DNA from: Candidatus Colwellbacteria bacterium
GTDB lineage: Bacteria > Patescibacteriota > Minisyncoccia > UBA6257 > Colwellbacteraceae
DNA length: 64,000 nucleotides
NCBI GenBank assembly: GCA_016176525.1
Contig: JACOWZ010000003.1
Span: 320,001-384,000, forward strand
Direction of reading: 5' to 3'
The translations under genes and the position numbers were made by a program. Under the pieces are notes generated by a model. That model saw only the letters and a program-made list of their open reading frames with translations. It was not told where the DNA came from and searched no databases. Below are positions 60,523 to 64,000 of this stretch, one piece after another. Position 1 is the first letter of the stretch, and each line of letters opens with the position of its first letter.

Positions 60523-60886
60523 ATGGATTGTGTCTTTTGTAAGATTATAAATAAAGAGATTCCGTCCACGGTTGTGCACGAGGACGATTCTATTATTGCT
60601 TTTAACGACATTAAACCCTCCGCGCCAGTGCATATATTGGTTGTGCCCAAAGAGCATATTGATTCTATTGACCGTTTGGAGAGCAACCACAAAGAGATAA
60701 TTTCTGGCATGATATTCGCGGCTAAAAAGATTGCGCGTGAGAAAGGCCTAAAGGGCTACAAGCTTGTTTTTTAATGTTGGGCGTGAAGGCGGGCAGATAA
60801 TAGACCACTTGCATTTGCATATTTTAGGCGGATGGAACAAGTATGAAGATGCCGACAAGTTGCCGCACCTGGACCTTGATAAATAA
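60523..60886 (+). pseudogene. HIT family nucleotide hydrolase interrupted by a +1 frameshift (real, programmed or sequencing error)
   Basis: MDCVFCKI...GYKLVF-stop at 60772-60774; the +1 frame continues NVGREGGQIIDHLHLHILGGW to TAA 60886. Confidence 0.8.
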
Positions 60887-60913
60887 TGTTTGCTCTGGTA
60901 TTATTTGCCCACT

Positions 60914-61132
60914 ATGTCTGCAGTTTTAGTTAAAAAAAGAAAGGGCGAGACGGATAGTTCGCTGATTTATAGGTTTGGCAAACGCATACAGCAAAGCGGG
61001 GTTTTAAAGGAAGCCAGGAAAAGAAAGTTTAGCAAAAGAACGCAGAACAAAACTGCAAGGCGCAGGTCTGCGGCATACAAAGCCAAGAGAAAAGAAGAAG
61101 TTACGCGGTTAAGAAAACTGGGTAAATTTTAA
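60914..61132 (+). CDS. rpsU: 30S ribosomal protein S21
   Basis: V.K..GE...L..RF.K.....GVLKE.RKR.F; located upstream of yqeY. Confidence 0.82.
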   Translation: MSAVLVKKRKGETDSSLIYRFGKRIQQSGVLKEARKRKFSKRTQNKTARRRSAAYKAKRKEEVTRLRKLGKF

Positions 61133-61133
61133 A

Positions 61134-61598
61134 GTGCCTATTAAATCACAACTGGAGGCCGACTTAAAAGTGGCGATGAAAGGCGGAGATTCCGACAAAG
61201 TCGGGGTTCTTCGCCAGATTTTAGCCGCACTTAAGAACGAGAGTTTAGAAAAGAGGCGGCGCGAGAAGCTTGAAAGTGACGTAATATTGGATGACTCAGA
61301 AGTTATAAAAGTGTTAAAACGCGAGCACAAAAAGCGGCTTGAGGCTTTTGGAATTTACGCAAAAGCAGGGCGCGGCGAACTAGCCGCGAAAGAAGACACG
61401 GAAGCAAAAATTATTTCTTCGTATCTGCCGAGGGAGTTAAGTGAAGATGAGGTTAAAAAACTTGTACAAAAAGTAATAGACTCTGGCGTTAAAAATCAAG
61501 GAGAGGCAATTAAAGAGGTTATGAAAGCTGCCGGGGGGCAGGTTAACGGCAAAGTGGTAAGCGAGCTTGTGCGTGCAGCTTTGGGCAATGAGAAATAA
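61134..61598 (+). CDS. GatB/YqeY domain protein
   Basis: DLK.AMK, KKR.EA...Y...GR.ELA.KE..E..I...YLP. Confidence 0.9.
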   Translation: MPIKSQLEADLKVAMKGGDSDKVGVLRQILAALKNESLEKRRREKLESDVILDDSEVIKVLKREHKKRLEAFGIYAKAGRGELAAKEDTEAKIISSYLPRELSEDEVKKLVQKVIDSGVKNQGEAIKEVMKAAGGQVNGKVVSELVRAALGNEK

Positions 61599-61950
61599 GA
61601 CGGATTTTTTGAAACTTGCTTATAAGGCGTTGGAATATTTAAAGAAATCCAACGTCTCTTTAGATGTTCACATAATTGATTCTCTAGAGATGCAGCGGCT
61701 AAATAAGTATCGCGGTAAGGATGTCGATACTAATGTGCTTGCATTCCCGGCGCCAAAAGAGTTTCCCTCCAAAGGAAAGTTTTTAGGGGATGTGTTTTTG
61801 AACCTAACCTATATTAAAAAGCATAAGCAAAGCCCCGAGAAAATGCTTATACATGGAGTTTTACACCTTTTGGGTTTTGATCACGAACGCCCGGGTGATA
61901 GAATAAAAATGGAAAAACTTGAGAAAAGACTATGGGAAAATCTTTTTTAG
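61588..61950 (+). CDS. ybeY: rRNA maturation endoribonuclease YbeY
   Basis: LN.YRG.D..TNVLAF, LGD, HGVLHLLGFDH. Confidence 0.92.
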   Translation: MRNKTDFLKLAYKALEYLKKSNVSLDVHIIDSLEMQRLNKYRGKDVDTNVLAFPAPKEFPSKGKFLGDVFLNLTYIKKHKQSPEKMLIHGVLHLLGFDHERPGDRIKMEKLEKRLWENLF

Positions 61951-63155
61951 CATTAGATGTTGGCTCTGGCTCAATAAAAGCAATTATAGCTGAAGAGTCT
62001 AAAGATGGCAGAGTGCTTATACGTGCCGGTTTAGAAAAACCCTCTAAAGGCTTGCGCCGCGGGGTTGTTGTAGACATGGAGTCTGCTTCCGCGCAGATTA
62101 TTTCTATGCTCCGGAGCGTTAAAGATATTTCTAAAGACGCCCACAAGAATATTTTTTTAGGCGTAGGCGGAGTGGATGTTAAATCTCGCATATCCGAGGG
62201 CTCGACCGCAGTGTCGCGCGCAAATTCCGAAATCCATAAAGATGACATAGCGCGCGCAGTGCAGGCTTCTCTTGCTGTTAGCTTGCCGTCTAACAGAATG
62301 ATTTTGCATACATTAAAGCAAGAGTTTATTGTTGATGGAATTGGCGATATTCAAGACCCGCTTGGAATGGTTGGCACAAAACTGGAAGTCGTTAGCTATA
62401 TAATAGATGCGTTTGGTCCAGCTGTTAAAAATTTGCAGAAGTGTGTGGAGCTCGCAGGCGGCAGCATCTCTGCCATGATTTTTAATCCTTTGGCATCTGC
62501 TTTTGCGGTTTTAACCCAAAACCAAAAAGAACTGGGTGTGGTTTTGGCCGATATCGGTCACAGCACAACCGGCATTGCAGTTTATGAAGAAGGTAAGCTT
62601 TTGCATACTGTAATGCTGCCGATTGGGGCGGGGCATGTTACAAACGATTTGGCTATTGCCTTAAAAATTCCGGTTGAGTCTGCAGAGAAAATTAAACTGC
62701 GTTATGGCGATGCTATTGCAAAACTCACGCCTGCTCGCGAGAATATTGACCTTAAAGAAATAAACCCAAAATTAGAGGGCACCATTTCGCGCAGATTTGT
62801 TGCAGAAGTTATTGAATCTCGGCTTAGCGAACTTTGCGAGCTTATAAACGAGGAGCTTAAGAAGATTGGCAAAACGGCAAGGTTGCCGGGCGGTGTTGTG
62901 CTTGTCGGGGGTGGTGCGAAACACCCAGGGATGTTAGAATTATTTAGAGCAGAGCTAAAGCTTACATCGCAGATTGGTTTCCCTAGCCCAAGCTTGTTTG
63001 AGGCAGAGTCTGGGGCTATGGGTGAGTATCTGGAGTCGCAAGAGTTTGCCTGTGCGCTGGGGTTATCGCTTTGGGAGAGAGATATTACTCCAAAGCCCGC
63101 GACAAATTCGTATAAAGAAAAGATTGTAAAATTGTTTAGAAATTTTATGCCATGA
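61932..63155 (+). CDS. ftsA: cell division protein FtsA
   Basis: LDVGS..IK, G.RRG.VVD, P.GM.G, DIG..TT, T.DLA, AE.IK, GGGA. Confidence 0.95.
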   Translation: MGKSFLALDVGSGSIKAIIAEESKDGRVLIRAGLEKPSKGLRRGVVVDMESASAQIISMLRSVKDISKDAHKNIFLGVGGVDVKSRISEGSTAVSRANSEIHKDDIARAVQASLAVSLPSNRMILHTLKQEFIVDGIGDIQDPLGMVGTKLEVVSYIIDAFGPAVKNLQKCVELAGGSISAMIFNPLASAFAVLTQNQKELGVVLADIGHSTTGIAVYEEGKLLHTVMLPIGAGHVTNDLAIALKIPVESAEKIKLRYGDAIAKLTPARENIDLKEINPKLEGTISRRFVAEVIESRLSELCELINEELKKIGKTARLPGGVVLVGGGAKHPGMLELFRAELKLTSQIGFPSPSLFEAESGAMGEYLESQEFACALGLSLWERDITPKPATNSYKEKIVKLFRNFMP

Positions 63156-64000
63156 AGAAGAAAGTAAAAAGAATAAAATCTAAGAAGAAAGTTATTAAAA
63201 CTAAGAAAGTTGTTGCTAAAAAACCGGCAGCAAAAAAGCGAACGGCAAAGAAACTTAAAAGAAAAGGGCGCGGACCTGCGCGCATAAGAATAAATGTTAA
63301 CACTACAAAAGGCGTACAGCCCGTACGTATGAAAGTTGTTGGTGTTGGCGGCGGCGGAGGCAACGTAATAGACAGAATGTGGGAAATTGTGCGCGGTGTT
63401 GAATTTATTGCAATAAACACCGACATTCAAGATTTAGACAAAATAGGAGTTAGAAAGAGTTTGCATATAGGGAAGGTTTTAACAAAAGGAATGGGTGCGG
63501 GCATGAACCCCGAGCTTGGCAAAATGGCCGCGGAAGAAAACAGAGCCGAGATTATGGATGCCCTTAAAGATGCAGACTTAATTTTTTTGGCGTCGTGCTT
63601 CGGCGGCGGCACAGGGAGCGGCGCAACGCATGTTGTGGCAGATATTGCCCGTGAATTGGGGGCGCTTACCATTGCTGTTGTTACAAAACCATTTGCTTTT
63701 GAAGGAAGCCAAAGGATGAAAATTGCCGAAGAAGGTTTGGCGAGGCTTAAAGACAAGGTTGATGCGCTTTTAGTGATACCCAACGATAGGATTTTTGGAA
63801 TTATTGATTCCGACACGCCTATGCTAAAGGCATTTGAGAAGGTTGATGAAATTTTAAAGAGCTCTGTGCACGGCATTACGGAGGCAATTTCTACAGCTGG
63901 CATTGTTAATGTTGACTTTGCAGACCTGCGTGCAATTGTTGCAGGCGCCGGACCCGCAGTAATAGGGGTTGGTGTTGCTTCTGGCAAAGACAGAGCGGCG
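63152..64000 (+). CDS. ftsZ: cell division protein FtsZ (runs off the window) with basic N-terminal extension
   Basis: Not in ORF track: KVVGVGGGGGN, AINTD.QDL, GMGAGMNPE.G, GGGTGSG, TKPFAFEG, VNVDFAD; ATGA overlap with ftsA. Confidence 0.96.
   Translation, partial: MKKKVKRIKSKKKVIKTKKVVAKKPAAKKRTAKKLKRKGRGPARIRINVNTTKGVQPVRMKVVGVGGGGGNVIDRMWEIVRGVEFIAINTDIQDLDKIGVRKSLHIGKVLTKGMGAGMNPELGKMAAEENRAEIMDALKDADLIFLASCFGGGTGSGATHVVADIARELGALTIAVVTKPFAFEGSQRMKIAEEGLARLKDKVDALLVIPNDRIFGIIDSDTPMLKAFEKVDEILKSSVHGITEAISTAGIVNVDFADLRAIVAGAGPAVIGVGVASGKDRAA

Noticed and set aside
62702-63987. Long minus-strand ORFs (242 and 186 aa)
   Set aside because: Antisense shadows of ftsA and ftsZ.

Overview
64 kb of bacterial chromosome, almost certainly Patescibacteria (CPR), Parcubacteria-like. 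Evidence: a divergent stand-alone 16S rRNA, genetic code 11 giving full-length genes, a type IV pilus locus, stand-alone receiver domains, and few biosynthetic genes. It carries housekeeping genes (murF-like, purB, fba, two hisS paralogues, pyrG, lysS, rplY, a shortened prfA, rpmE, pth, lepB, rpsU, ybeY, ftsA, ftsZ), two tRNAs, surface proteins, a type III restriction-modification island and a modular pilin/adhesin locus. Main observations: (1) The 16S rRNA has an intact helix 45 but no anti-Shine-Dalgarno tail, and many core genes look leaderless. (2) Four monocistronic accessory genes nevertheless share a TTGACA promoter, a GTTC(T/C)TT boxA-like leader, a (G)AGGTGA Shine-Dalgarno and their own terminator, i.e. 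translation signals the visible ribosome cannot read. (3) A two-copy ~110-nt structured element with compensatory base changes lies directly 3' of prfA and of pth. (4) A 26-bp palindromic site is repeated at both ends of the R-M island. (5) A HIT gene is split at a UUU-UAA shifty stop. All calls were made by eye; no searches were run.
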